Counted from the stretch's first letter, positions 31,001-39,581 are shown. The stretch: DNA of 64,000 nucleotides from an uncultured Clostridium sp. (GCA_948467495.1 CAOKEO010000005.1:414-64413), one strand, 5' to 3'. Made by a program: numbers and translations. Notes: generated by a model from the letters alone, not told the origin.

Positions 31001-33880
31001 CATTTTACTTGGTTCTGTTTGTGTCCTATACTTTCCATTTGCCGTATCTAGACTAAAATAAACACCGTGATGACTGTAAGATACCTGATTAAACTTCAAA
31101 TTATTGGGAACTTGAATGGTATAATAAAATATATATTCTTTCTCTTTTTCCATTACCGTATTTTGAAAATCAATAAGATATGTTTTGATTTCATCCCAAT
31201 TCGTTACTTGATTTGCTGTTTTCCATCCATTTTCTGCCTTAAGCACATCTTTAGTAGGTGTCTGATTCTCTGAATAATACACTTTAACTTTTCCTTGTAA
31301 TTCTTCTGGAACTTGTATTCCTTCTTTTGTCATTTTAGTCGTGTAACTTGACCCCAAATTTCCTCCACTTAGGACATAAGTATTTCCCTCAAAAGGTATT
31401 TTTCCCAAAATGGAAGTCTCACTAATCGTATTGGTATAGTTATTTTTTAGTTGTATTCCCACTTTAGCTTTTCTTTCTTCTTTTTCAGATGTCGTTTTAC
31501 TCATATCAGCTATCTCTGGTGATATTGCTATACTTCCCTTTTCATCGTAATCACAGATAATTTCATTGGTTAATACACTATTTGGTGCTATAAATTGTAT
31601 AGAAGCAGTCGATTTTACCACTCTTTCTGTTGTATTCAAATTATCATTTACATCATAAATATCTTCTCCCTCTGGTTGGTAATCACATGCAATATCATTA
31701 GCTGCATATAATGTTATATCTTTTGTAGCTGATACAATAGTCGGATTTGGTGTTAAATCTACATCAACATTTATCAAAAATGATTCTTGTACTCTGTTTT
31801 TATTTTGTGTATTAATTTTTATAAAATAGCACCCATCCTTTTTTACTAATTCATAACTTAACAAATGAATAGAAGGATTATCTATTTCTACTTGATTAAT
31901 TTGTGCAGTTAATATTTCTTCTGGAAATTTAATGAAAAAACTACCATCAACCCAACCTAATTCATTATATTTAGAGTCTCCTTTTGCACTTATTGTTATC
32001 CTATTATTTTTTTCTGTTACTTGTGTTGATAATTCTGTAGTCTGAATTGCTATACTAGCTGTGACATATTCTGCTTCGTATTTTGCTTGATCTGTATCTG
32101 TATTAACAAATTGTCCATCCATATATCCTGATAATGTTGATTGGATAAATTGTAAATTGTCAAATTCTTGTTTTGTATAATGAGTTGTTATCAAACCATC
32201 ATCTAATTCTTTGATACAATAAACACTCATACCTGCATCTTCTTTACAAGCACTTGTTTCCACTCTAATATGTTTGACTGGTTTTTCATATCGATAAGGA
32301 TTATCGGCTGTATATTGATTCCAATTCTGATTTGTAAATGTTGCTACTAAATTACCTGTTTCATCGTCATACACTTTTATCCAGCCATCTGCTTCTAATA
32401 TATTTCCTGCTGAGGCAAATCCAATTCCAACATTGGTTGTTACCTTTTCCATACTTTCTTTAGTAGAATCTCTTTTAATAAATTGATCTGCTACTTGTTG
32501 TTCACCATTTTCTGTTTCTTTCATCACCATACCTGTTGAACTTCCTTGTGCTCCTGTTTCTACTCTCCATTGTACTCGGTAAGTATCTTCTTTTTCCTCT
32601 GCACTCAATCCATTATATATCCTTGTAGGTTTACGTTTTGAAATCACATTTTTATTGCTTGGTCTATCAACACTTTTTTCTACTTGCATAAAAAATCTAG
32701 CTCTTGTTGTACTTCCTGAAAATTCGCTATAATTGGCTAATAACGTTTTTGTAGACACATTGGATTTAATAGGATTTTCAAATTCTGCATTTGGATTATG
32801 ATATCCCTCATAATAAGTATTAATTGGTATTGCTATCGTTACCGTGTTGCTTCCTATTGATTGATAGGCTTCCAATGGATATTTTACCTGTACTTTATAC
32901 TTATTCTCATTAGCAACCTTTGACGTTACTATCCCCTCTTCATCAACTATAGCCGTGCTTTCTATGGTAAATTGTCTAGTCTTTTCATCATAAGTATCTA
33001 CTCCACTTACGCTTATTGGCTGATAGCCATTAATATCTGGTAAAATTCCCTCTACATGATTTTTACTCAAAATCAACTTTTTACTTGTCTCTTGTGCTAC
33101 TATCTCAAATTCTAAAACAAAAGTATTATTTTTTCTATCAATTCTATCTTGTATATCTTTATAATATTGCGTTGTATCAGCTAAATTAGCAATCGCTGAA
33201 CCATACCAATCCATCGTTAAATTAACTACTTTTTGAATGGTAGTTTCTGTTCCATCTGCTGCTACATACGTGCCTGTTAATATAATTTTATTATCATCTC
33301 TTGAATAATGATTGATATTATCACCAATCGCTTCTGCTATTTTAGAAGAATAACCATAATCTCCACTTCTAACTACTCCTGTCAATAATCTTTGTGTTCC
33401 ATTGGCTATTTCATTAAATTCTATATACTTTACATTGTTACCAATATAATTATCTTTTAACTGTTCATCTTTCACCAAATTGGTATTAAAATAAAAGTTT
33501 TTCCCATCAATTTCTATCTTGGCATTTTTCAAATATCCTTCTGTTTGAACATTTAATTCCATATATAAGGTATCATCTTTTCCTATTTCTTTTGCTGTTC
33601 CTTTCATTTTTTCTGCATTACCATCATTATCAATATCACGCAAGAAAAAGGCACTAAAATTCACATTATCAGTACCATCTACCTTTTCACTACCTTCTTG
33701 AAACTGTTCATAAGTCATTGCTCTTGCCAGTTCTGGATTCAAACTTTGATGCATGATTTGTTTTTGACCTGTTATCACATTTACTACAAATAAGATAACA
33801 CCAATAACACTAATTAATGCTATCATAGCAGGCTTCTTCATACTGTGCTTTTTCATCTCTTCCATAAAATCGCTCCTCAT
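22028..33880 (-). CDS. giant cell-surface protein (3950 aa): SpaA/Cna-B-type domains, ~14 beta-propeller-type repeats, ~10 MucBP-like repeats, a DUF11-like domain and a C-terminal SIATG sorting-type signal
   Basis: N-terminal signal/TM. Cna-B-like units (LVPGAVYRV...GQFMISGLY...YEIEEIKTPKDY). Recurrent ...QWAK.IG....SI.ET.DGGY.V.G... repeats. MucBP-like V.V.Y.....G.......G..G..Y......I.GYEL......G......V.YYY units. C-terminus ISIATG, hydrophobic stretch, KRRK. Confidence 0.85.
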   Translation of the reverse strand: MRSDFMEEMKKHSMKKPAMIALISVIGVILFVVNVITGQKQIMHQSLNPELARAMTYEQFQEGSEKVDGTDNVNFSAFFLRDIDNDGNAEKMKGTAKEIGKDDTLYMELNVQTEGYLKNAKIEIDGKNFYFNTNLVKDEQLKDNYIGNNVKYIEFNEIANGTQRLLTGVVRSGDYGYSSKIAEAIGDNINHYSRDDNKIILTGTYVAADGTETTIQKVVNLTMDWYGSAIANLADTTQYYKDIQDRIDRKNNTFVLEFEIVAQETSKKLILSKNHVEGILPDINGYQPISVSGVDTYDEKTRQFTIESTAIVDEEGIVTSKVANENKYKVQVKYPLEAYQSIGSNTVTIAIPINTYYEGYHNPNAEFENPIKSNVSTKTLLANYSEFSGSTTRARFFMQVEKSVDRPSNKNVISKRKPTRIYNGLSAEEKEDTYRVQWRVETGAQGSSTGMVMKETENGEQQVADQFIKRDSTKESMEKVTTNVGIGFASAGNILEADGWIKVYDDETGNLVATFTNQNWNQYTADNPYRYEKPVKHIRVETSACKEDAGMSVYCIKELDDGLITTHYTKQEFDNLQFIQSTLSGYMDGQFVNTDTDQAKYEAEYVTASIAIQTTELSTQVTEKNNRITISAKGDSKYNELGWVDGSFFIKFPEEILTAQINQVEIDNPSIHLLSYELVKKDGCYFIKINTQNKNRVQESFLINVDVDLTPNPTIVSATKDITLYAANDIACDYQPEGEDIYDVNDNLNTTERVVKSTASIQFIAPNSVLTNEIICDYDEKGSIAISPEIADMSKTTSEKEERKAKVGIQLKNNYTNTISETSILGKIPFEGNTYVLSGGNLGSSYTTKMTKEGIQVPEELQGKVKVYYSENQTPTKDVLKAENGWKTANQVTNWDEIKTYLIDFQNTVMEKEKEYIFYYTIQVPNNLKFNQVSYSHHGVYFSLDTANGKYRTQTEPSKMGLRVAKTYDLTVTKYQSQTDKLVPGAVYRVREVVDDTVAEEGKTAVTNTQGQFMISGLYAEKIYEIEEIKTPKDYALNADKIRYTTRIDSEGNLVVEKLQGTTKQDMTVTKKEGETSNVMVVVEDEVKATLKIMKKEKDTDKGLGFVSYELKGKGFEEGQIRYTDVNGNVSLNGLFMDETYTLQEKKATGYYLASPIKFKIVNHNGTYEAQIEEGEVRENTITEVEHIPTLCMTLENEKIPTYDLAITKIGKMTHLDTSHTVAEETMTGLSGARFKLYKDKQEIGTYTTNENGQFIISGLYQYVEGKDEIATYTLKEVIAPTGYSKIKDITFQVQGKDGKLQLQTQGDESKEYESDRNTVRLQLEDTPVFKLTKKDAETGAVVPNVKFAIYDMEKNEQPAKNSKGEILGNKEVINEKEYYVLTTDVNGEISADLQEGKYQAIELQAPEKYQISDRGYYFSIGSNQSDTGFKTQWAKDIPGFQVFHTVIQTNDGGYLASVNTLQNGTDGIEVLYKYSDEGNQQWNCTLGNRGTYENQIGSNLVETTEGDYISCLGDGTVVKVGSNGVIQWRKKVLESVRSISSLAKTIEGGFLLVGQNHDSDGIIVRSNGEGDVQETKIIDFSNYGYITAVKETKEGGFVVGGYFANGKAEFTSDLILTGNGQTGFIAKYNETGEVQWAEMTGNGVQKVTSVLETSKGEYLLGEYTEGTNTVELGDGIHLACNDSDKTGIMIKFDSTGNIQWANAIKDGKDSSIEAMIESKDGGYVIGGHFTKTFTLGENIILSAIEESDTGALIKYNTKGEAQWAKVIGRASTGMHSILETNQGDYVIGGTRYAASILDLGDEVVLPSYPSDYNDIAMLIKIRATEITNPEIQPEELIGGNGRNEITSIAKTQDGGYIAGGWFSCDIDLGNGKTLTNHGDTDGMLLKYNQKGEIEWSKVIGSNQSDGIHEVIQTLDGGYLVAGYCEGTINLDNGFKMKPNGMLIKYNSQAEVEWVQSNDIFSSGSIMGGITALTETEDGGYLIGGTYHKNHIDLGNGIVADSSTGHGGMIAKYNFRGEAQWIKLLEASSSWAAMSSIVQTTDGGYAVSGFFPTNNNLSIGNDIYLQPLAEYTGMMIKYDKEGNPEWNQTYPVKYNDVRTPKLIQTQDGGYAIGVTLTYDNHIDLGNGVVLQRKNTDSNDFASSTLIKYNTRGETQWAKSIQDRSVNYVHAIEETKNAELMIVGQFSDARIELENGIVLNNHSVNSYDGFVVKYDNKGETKWAQSIGLPDKNDTINAITEVAYGIYVVGGRFNYDSTAHSGDASIVKIEEKKAGIQELEVENARKEFEIVTAVEKREDITGGSISGEGEKPYEVVKYGDTNTKEIKMIPEEGYEILNITVNGEDYTFEKTEDGSYTMPAFTNVMEDKQVVVTYTLTDYKMTLHKIDQKTKQPLAGATFSIEQASENGTDTNLENVIGDFRQKTIEDPDFSTIGLIRNQMYYFEKVDDKYIATNSNAYQISTTTANTIATSFMPINLMGKTGKYRIEINAEIDSEETIGIGYATISDTGVAPSYDNPDGRFMYLTGNVPAQNYSCELEGGKTYYLHVGYKKGDGASHYNDKMMINGIKVYQPAYHFDLWDGKYQLHPEMSDKKSYLPIDLTNHVGNYVLKVNAEIDSEAKRDIGYAIITENEEIPDSKDQKAFMKLSGKQEAKDYTTTLQGGKMYYLYFGYDKTGNTPIEKQAFVIHHVEVKPYGVQVTTNQEGQASVQIPFGKYNIIETEAPQGYLKSEEPVEIEFVAGGKKEFMIENKESAKVVVHHVVKGTNQKIAEDEIIEGKEGETYRTQPQMDLEKYTLEVDGQGRFIVPENASGKFTTEKKEVIYEYVEKQIPLTVYHYIEGTMHQVPLANGQGAEAIRQVGKEGESYTTSPIAQKDLSPEYELAQIPVNSTGVYEKQEISVTYYYKKVERMVKLTKYQEDGVTPLAGAKFTITAKNGQKGEVSQDNTYITNAQGEIEVTLGYGIYEVTEIEAPKGYVLPENPTTEVVIDKEIQNKQLNITNAREKGTVIVHYYIEGTKEKVPLADGTVAEDFVMTGEIGSMYATKELTNVSKKYELKAIPINASGLIKKDTTEVIYYYKAKEKPVVQDVKLVKTSDKQTIMRPDEKIPYTITYTGVLNHYKGDAIVTIVDELPYEIEVTEGKSDLAGGIYDAKNKTITWTEKIEGIDTDTEGKRQISITKAIEVTYKNLDSNTTNLSNKVTGQIKLLDTDGENPTEPSEPIGKTEETNQIPIDIFTKVDVTLMWVDSEEEKQLRPEKLILQVKKDGEVVASKEITITKEEDSDIATFEKLPKYDENGNQITYTVDETVLPGEEHKDDLQYYEKTIEGTTITNTIDKTINQKQGKVIVEHIDKKTGNVLKTIVKIGKIGEICQTTKEEIEGYELVDSPKDSNIVITEVDQKVTYYYERIASGIIEKHIDINTKEVLYHKTHTGQQGDKYTTQAKTFEGFDLMNTPINAQGEMTADIIEVVYCYSRRASVKVEHLEKGTGNKIAEDVKITGHENDAYTTEKKDIKGYVLAENPTNQKGKMEVTKKADGTYQTETVVQYYYTKKRLQVVEEYVNIEDNTVIETIIHEGTIGDQYEVHPKEIEGYELVDKDENGNSLLPNNNKGIITEEKTTVRYYYKKKAKVVVKYLDQLTKEEIETEEIHGYVGDSYQTKEKQWEGYDLVETAQNATGKMTANTIEVKYYYRRKTQVEVQYLEKQTNQILSDKETINGYVGDKYQTKRKGIPCYEYVESTGNEEGYMTKDKIIVKYYFEKQEFNLRVDSWISNVVINGVTKGGKTLSSKEEIYKLDIHRNQVNSTEVKVTYKIRVSNVGQAEGSVITLTDVMPNGFSYHQEDNKVIWTKAGGILTTTQMKGQMLKAGENREIELVLRWNKGEENLKEKINTVTISEAQSLAGFQETNQEDNVSTAGMLISIATGMDNQNNKTTIIAFILGILTLLLGILAYLKRRK

Positions 33881-34102
33881 ATATTAATCACACTCTATTT
33901 ATCTACCTCTATGATAATCATTTTTAGTCTTTACTTCAATGCCTAAAATGCTTGCTATTTATTACCATTACGGTCTTTTCCTACGGCTTACTAAAATTTA
34001 TTCGTCATATTTCTTTTATTAAATTTCCTTTTCTTTTTTGTTATACTTTTGTCATATTTGTGTTACTTTCTCGCTTTCCCCTAGGGAAATGCGAATTTCC
34101 CA

Positions 34103-34152
34103 TAAAAAACCTTCCAATATACGTTTTATATTCAAACGATATTTGGAAGGTT
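34103..34152 (-). terminator. rho-independent terminator of spo0A
   Basis: Stem aaccttccaa / ttggaaggtt followed by UUUUUU on the minus strand. Confidence 0.65.
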
Positions 34153-34194
34153 CGGCAATTTCTATATTCTGTTTTTTATTCACTTTTACTAACT

Positions 34195-35013
34195 CTATGC
34201 AGATTTCAATTCCAATCTTAATTTATCAGCAATCATGGCAATAAATTCTGAATTCGTTGGCTTTCCTTTGGCTGCTGAAATCGTATAGCCAAAAATATTT
34301 TCTACTGCTTCTTGTTGTCCTCTACCCCAAGCTACTTCAATCGCATGACGAATAGCACGTTCTACTCGGCTTGGCGTAGTACCATACTTAAAAGCAATTT
34401 TAGGGTATAAACTTTTAGTAATTTGATTAATGACATCAATATCATTTACTACCATCATAATAGCTTCTCTTAAATATTGATATCCTTTAATATGAGCTGG
34501 TACACCCACTTCATGAATTAAATTAGTTACTAAAGCTTCAAGATTTTCTTCTTTTTTGCTCTCATTTTCTGATAGCTCGATATATTTTTGTCTTGGTTCT
34601 CGAATCAAGAAATTAGTTCCTGTTTGACTTGGCTTAAAGAATTTCATCTCTCTAATTCTTCTAATTAATATCTCAATATCAAAAGGTTTTACAATATAAT
34701 AATCGGCGCCATTACTAATTGCTTGTTGTGTTATCTTATCTTGTCCTACTGCTGATAACATAATGCAAGTTGGCTTTTTCTCTATATTCATCACATTAAT
34801 TCTTTCCAAAACTCCTAATCCATCTAAATGTGGCATAATAACATCTAATAATACAACATCTGGCATTGTATTTGTCATCATATCAACTGCCTCATTTCCA
34901 TCTTTTGCAACAGCAATCACCTCCATATCCTCTTGATTATTGATGTAAGAAGATAATGTACGGCTAAATTCTTGATTATCATCAGCTATTAAAATATTAA
35001 GTTTCTCTTTCAT
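34195..35013 (-). CDS. spo0A: sporulation master regulator Spo0A
   Basis: Receiver domain [10 protein letters not shown]...[12 protein letters not shown]. Spo0A-specific C-terminal region [19 protein letters not shown]...[25 protein letters not shown]. Confidence 0.95.
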   Translation of the reverse strand: MKEKLNILIADDNQEFSRTLSSYINNQEDMEVIAVAKDGNEAVDMMTNTMPDVVLLDVIMPHLDGLGVLERINVMNIEKKPTCIMLSAVGQDKITQQAISNGADYYIVKPFDIEILIRRIREMKFFKPSQTGTNFLIREPRQKYIELSENESKKEENLEALVTNLIHEVGVPAHIKGYQYLREAIMMVVNDIDVINQITKSLYPKIAFKYGTTPSRVERAIRHAIEVAWGRGQQEAVENIFGYTISAAKGKPTNSEFIAMIADKLRLELKSA

Positions 35014-35048
35014 CTTTTTTCCTCCTCAATGTAAATTTAACTGTTCCT

Positions 35049-35077
35049 ATTATAATCATTTATTCGAGGAAAATCAA
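35049..35077 (-). promoter_or_regulatory. sigma-A-type promoter upstream of spo0A
   Basis: On the minus strand: TTGATT, 17 nt (containing tCGAAt, a partial 0A-box-like core), TATAAT, about 35 nt before ATG 35013. Confidence 0.5.
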
Positions 35078-35122
35078 GGGTTTTTGGTAATTTTTTCCAG
35101 TCGCTTTATAAAAGTACTTTTT

Positions 35123-35752
35123 TCATATACTTTTTAAGATGTATTTTTTATTAATTTCTTTTAAATCTTTTAAAATCACTTTTTTTGCTTCAAAATCTTC
35201 CAATAATTTTTCTTTTTTATCATCTTCTAATTCAATTTTACATGAAATCCATTCACTATATTCCACATTTGTTAGCAAAATCTTATTTTTTCTACAATAA
35301 TATTGAAAACCATCCCATTGATTATACGCTATTTGAGTCATCATTTCTATGCCTTGGCACTTTTGTATTAGATGACTATGTTCTATTGCCTTCCCTAAAC
35401 TATCTGAATAGGCTCGAACTAATCCACCAGTTCCCAATAAAACACCACCAAAATATCGAGTAACAATAACCAATACATTTACCAATTCATTTTTTTGAAG
35501 AATACTTAACATAGGAGCTCCAGCCGTCCCTGATGGTTCACCATCATCGTTATATCTGTCAATTATCTGACCATCCTCTAAAATTCTATAGGCAGTACAA
35601 TTATGTCTTGCATCATAGTACTTTTTCTTAACATCTCTTATCAAGTTTTCTGCACTTTCTATATCTTCTACTGGAAATAGATGAGCAATGAACCTTGACT
35701 TTTTCTCAACTATTTCTACTTTTGTTTCTCTCTCAATCGTCAAAAAATCCAT
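35123..35752 (-). CDS. yigZ: YigZ/IMPACT-family protein (UPF0029)
   Basis: EKKSRFIAHLFPV...ARHNCTAYR...DDGEPSGTAG.PML pattern typical of the YigZ N-terminal domain. Confidence 0.8.
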   Translation of the reverse strand: MDFLTIERETKVEIVEKKSRFIAHLFPVEDIESAENLIRDVKKKYYDARHNCTAYRILEDGQIIDRYNDDGEPSGTAGAPMLSILQKNELVNVLVIVTRYFGGVLLGTGGLVRAYSDSLGKAIEHSHLIQKCQGIEMMTQIAYNQWDGFQYYCRKNKILLTNVEYSEWISCKIELEDDKKEKLLEDFEAKKVILKDLKEINKKYILKSI

Positions 35753-35776
35753 TCTCTTTACACTCCTTTTTTGTAT

Positions 35777-37040
35777 TCATATTTGTAATAAGCCCGCTGT
35801 ATAGCCTGTTGAATAAGCAATTTGTAAATTAAATCCGACCTGTATAACCATCCACATCTATTATTTCTCCAGCAAAATACAGACCATCTACCTTTTTCGA
35901 CTGCATTGTTTTAGGATTTATCTCTTTGATACAAATGCCTCCATTCGTAATAATAGCTTCTTCAATTGGTCGAAACCCTTTTATTGTTATCGTAAAACTT
36001 TTTAGCAATTTTACTAACTTTCTTCTCTCTTCTTTTGTAACCTCATTAATGGGTTTATCTAACTTAATTTGACTTTTTTCTATCATAACTGGTATCATTT
36101 TTTGTGGTAATAATTTATCTAAACTATTTTTAAATTGTTTATTCTTAATTTCCTGAAAATCTCGCAAAACTCTTTCATCTAGCTGTTCTTCTGATAAGGC
36201 TGGTTTACAATCAATCATCAGCAAAATAGATTGTCTGCTTAACTTTTCACCTATTTTTTGATATCTAACTAAATGTGCTGATGAACTCAAAATAATTGGT
36301 CCAGAAACCCCATAATGTGTAAATAACATTTCCCCAAAATCTTGATAAATATCTTTCTTTGTTTCTTTATCTAGCAATCGAATTGCTACATTTTTTAAAC
36401 TTAAACCTTGCAGTTGCTGACAAATATTTCTCTCATAACTTTCGAAAGGAATAAGTGATGGTTTAATTTCTGTTATGGTATGTCCTAATTGTTCTGCTAA
36501 TAAATAGCCATCTCCTGTAGAACCTGTTAGGGGATAACTTTTCCCTCCTGTTGCCAAAATAATCCTTTCTGCTTCTATTTTACCATGATTTGTCTCAACT
36601 CCTATTACTCTAAAACTATGATTTGTTTGTTCTACTAATATCTTAGTCACTTTTGTATCGTATTGTATCACTACCCCTAAATCTTTTAACTTCTTAGTAA
36701 AACATTTTAAAACATCTTGTGATTGATTGGTGATAGGAAATATTCTATTCCCTCTTTCTTCTTTTACCACTAACCCTTGTTCTTTTAAAAATTGAATGAT
36801 ATCTTGATTGGTATAATTTTGATAAGAACTATATAAAAACCTTCCATTCCCTGGTGTGTTTTTAATAAATTCCTCCATATCTAAAGAAGATGTAATATTA
36901 CATCTTCCTTTTCCCGTTATTAATAATTTTCTACCTAATGATTTCATTTTTTCCAGTAAAATCACTTGATGTCCATTTTGTTTGGCAGTAATAGCTGCCA
37001 TCATTCCGCTTGGTCCTCCACCAATTACAATTACTTTCAT
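35777..37040 (-). CDS. BaiN/RdsA (HI0933-like) family NAD(P)/FAD-dependent oxidoreductase; C-terminal 19 aa reached by a +1 shift at CGG 35837-35835
   Basis: VIVIGGGPSGMMAA dinucleotide fold and GKGRCNITS. The track ORF ends ...DGYTGRI*, but skipping C35837 gives the family-typical ...DGYTG-G-FNLQIAYSTGYTAGLLQI*. Confidence 0.85.
35835..35837 (-). other. in-frame CGG, +1 shift site (BaiN-like, GGT C GGA)
   Basis: Skipping C35837 adds the family-typical C-terminus GFNLQIAYSTGYTAG. Confidence 0.7.
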
Positions 37041-37049
37041 CTCTTATCC

Positions 37050-38150
37050 TTATTCCTCTTTTTTCTTTCTAGTTGTTCCTTTTTTTGTTGTTCTCTTGGT
37101 TGTTGTTTTGGTACTTGTCGTCTTTCTGGTTGGTGTCTTCGTTCCTGTTGTTTTCTTGGTTGGCGTCTTAGTTCCTGTTGTTTTCTTAGTTGGCGTCTTA
37201 GTTCCTGTCGTTTTTTTAGTTGGTGTCTTGGTTCCTGTTGTCTTCTTGGTTGAAGTTTTGGTTTCTGTTGTCTTTCTAGTTGATGTTTTCGTTCCTGTTG
37301 TTTTCTTGGTTGGCGTTTTCGTTCCCGTCGTTTTCTTAGTTGTTCTTTTACTTGGAGACTTAGTTTCTTTTGTTCCACTAGCCTTTTTAGTTGTTGTTTT
37401 TCTGGTTGTTGTTTTCTTTTTTGGCTCCTCTTTTATCCTATCATCTTCAACTAATAAATCTAACACATCCTCATCTTCATCGAAATTGTTATTTCCTAAA
37501 TCTATTTCTTCCTCTTCATCATCCTCTAAATCCCAATCTAGACTATCATATTCCTCTTCATCAAACTCATCATCTTCGTCACCTTCTAATTCTTGTAAAT
37601 CATCACCAAATAAGAACTGAATATCTGAATCTACTTCTTCTGTTTGTCTATCCTCGTAATCATCCTCTTCTTCCTCTAGCTCATCTTCTTGTTCATCTTC
37701 ATATTCATCCTGATCTTCATATTCATCTTCTTCGTCCTCTTCATACATATCATCCTCATATTGGTCATCGCTATCGTATTCATCTTCCTCTTCTTCAAAA
37801 TCCTCCTGTTCTTTATATGGTTCCTCTTCATCTGGCTCGTCATAATCGTATTTATCATCCAATTCTTCTTGGTAGCCACTTTGACGATAACTCCTATCTG
37901 GAATTTCTTCTTTTTCCTCTTCTTCTTCAAAATCTTTTTCGGTTATTTCAAATTTTTTATTATTCTCTTCTCCCACAGAATCTAAAAACTTTTCATACTC
38001 TTCTAGTTCTTTTTTCTTCTTAGCCATTTTAGCTGCTTTTCTCTTCTCTCTTTCCAATTTTCTATTTTGTTTTCTCTGCTTTCTTCCTCCTAAAATTAAT
38101 ATCGCTATTATTAACAATATGAAAGCTGATAAAATACTAACTACTAACAT
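37050..38150 (-). CDS. membrane-anchored low-complexity protein: TM, K/E block, poly-acidic block, basic T/K decapeptide repeats
   Basis: N-terminal TM (VVSILSAFILLIIAILILGG), D/E-rich middle, and a C-terminal run of (TKKTTGTKTP)-type repeats. Confidence 0.6.
   Translation of the reverse strand: MLVVSILSAFILLIIAILILGGRKQRKQNRKLEREKRKAAKMAKKKKELEEYEKFLDSVGEENNKKFEITEKDFEEEEEKEEIPDRSYRQSGYQEELDDKYDYDEPDEEEPYKEQEDFEEEEDEYDSDDQYEDDMYEEDEEDEYEDQDEYEDEQEDELEEEEDDYEDRQTEEVDSDIQFLFGDDLQELEGDEDDEFDEEEYDSLDWDLEDDEEEEIDLGNNNFDEDEDVLDLLVEDDRIKEEPKKKTTTRKTTTKKASGTKETKSPSKRTTKKTTGTKTPTKKTTGTKTSTRKTTETKTSTKKTTGTKTPTKKTTGTKTPTKKTTGTKTPTKKTTGTKTPTRKTTSTKTTTKRTTKKGTTRKKKEE
37111..37350. repeat. about eight tandem 30-bp repeats (coding for TKKTTGTKTP units)
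   Basis: Unit gttcctgttgttttcttggttggcgtctta is repeated head-to-tail with point variation, in frame within CDS 37050..38150. Confidence 0.85.
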
Positions 38151-38168
38151 TTTTCTTCTCCCTTCTTT

Positions 38169-39404
38169 TTACTTTCTCATATGTTCAATTGCTTTTAATA
38201 TACCCAATTTTCCATATTCATATGTAAGTCCACCTTGCAGATAGGCGATATATGGTTCACGAATGGGACCATCACAACTAAGTTCTATGGTTGAACCTTG
38301 TGTAAAAGTTCCTGCTGCCATAATCACTTTATCATCATATCCTCCCATATCTCCTGGATACGGAATAACATCTGAATCAATTGGTGAACCCATTTGAATT
38401 CCTTGACAAAACTTTACCAAATGTTCCTCTGTTCCCAAATGAATGGTTTGTACAATATCAGCTCTTATCTCATCATATTTAGGTTCTACCTGATATCCTA
38501 ACTTTTCTAATATCCTACTTGCAAAAATAGCTGTTTTTAAACTACTTGCAACCACACTTGGAGCAAAAAACAAACCTTTAATAATAGATGTATTTTGATG
38601 AAACGATGGTCCTATTTCTTTTCCTATTCCAGGTGACGTTAATCTCTCAGCACATAATTGAATGAACTCCTTCTTTCCCACAATATAAGCTCCAGAAGTT
38701 GCAATCCCTGCTCCTAGGTTTTTCATTAATGACCCTACAGCAATATCGGCACCTATTTCAATTGGTTCTCTCTCTTGTACTAATTCTCCATAGCAATTAT
38801 CAACCATAATAATAACATGTTGATTGACTTCTCTAATAGCCTGTATTACTTTTTCTATCTTTTCGATGGATAAACTCTTTCGTGTTGAATACCCTCTTGA
38901 CCTTTGAATTTCAACTAGCTTTACGTCTTGCTTTTTAAGCCTATCCTGAATTTTAGGAATATCAAATTCATTCTCTTTTAAATCAATTTGTTCATAGCAA
39001 ACTTGAAATGTTTTTAGCGAGCTTTTACTTTCCTCTTTTCCCATTCCAATTACTGTTTGAAGAGTATCATATGGTTCTCCTGTAATACTAAGCATCGTAT
39101 CTCCTGGTCGCAACAAAGCAAATAAAGTAATGGCTAATGCATGTGTTCCTGATATCAACTGACTTCTTACCAAACTATCTTCTGCCTTAAATATATGACT
39201 ATATATTTCTTCTATTTTGTTTCTACCTGGTTCATCAATGCCATAACCTGTTGAAGAATTCAAGTGTGCCTCTTGTAATTTACATTCCTGTAACGCCTTT
39301 AAAATCTTTTCACTATTACTTTCGCAAATTTTATCAATTTTTCCTAAAATAGGTTCTATCTCTTGCTCCACTTGTTTTGATAATTTGGCTAAATCTTGTT
39401 CCAT
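38169..39404 (-). CDS. PLP-dependent Cys/Met-metabolism enzyme of the YnbB / aluminium-resistance (Met_gamma_lyase) family
   Basis: NSSTGYGIDEPGR...ISGTHA...SLMKNLG pattern (Lys for PLP). Length 411 aa. Confidence 0.7.
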   Translation of the reverse strand: MEQDLAKLSKQVEQEIEPILGKIDKICESNSEKILKALQECKLQEAHLNSSTGYGIDEPGRNKIEEIYSHIFKAEDSLVRSQLISGTHALAITLFALLRPGDTMLSITGEPYDTLQTVIGMGKEESKSSLKTFQVCYEQIDLKENEFDIPKIQDRLKKQDVKLVEIQRSRGYSTRKSLSIEKIEKVIQAIREVNQHVIIMVDNCYGELVQEREPIEIGADIAVGSLMKNLGAGIATSGAYIVGKKEFIQLCAERLTSPGIGKEIGPSFHQNTSIIKGLFFAPSVVASSLKTAIFASRILEKLGYQVEPKYDEIRADIVQTIHLGTEEHLVKFCQGIQMGSPIDSDVIPYPGDMGGYDDKVIMAAGTFTQGSTIELSCDGPIREPYIAYLQGGLTYEYGKLGILKAIEHMRK

Positions 39405-39581
39405 TTTTCTTTACCTTTTCTTCCTATTTTATCTATTAATATTAATCAACATTATTTTACTACACTTTATTTTATTTTGCAATGGTAAAAATGATTTAAG
39501 TTTCGGTTTTTAGAGAAAGCAAAAACCAAAATAAAACAAAAATTGCCAAAAAGGTTGATCCCTCTTGGCAATTTATTCCCA

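Noticed and set aside
37111-37350. CRISPR-like regular 30-bp repeats
   Set aside because: The repeats are directly adjacent with no spacers. They are in frame within a CDS and encode decapeptide repeats. There are no cas genes.
36966-38023. Long plus-strand and alternate-frame ORFs (36966..37253, 36982..37620, 37391..38023, 37689..37985, 37037..37378, 37676..37930)
   Set aside because: They are antisense to, or out of frame with, the repetitive low-complexity CDS 37050..38150. Their compositions (poly-V/L/F, poly-S) mirror that CDS, and they have no start-site signals.
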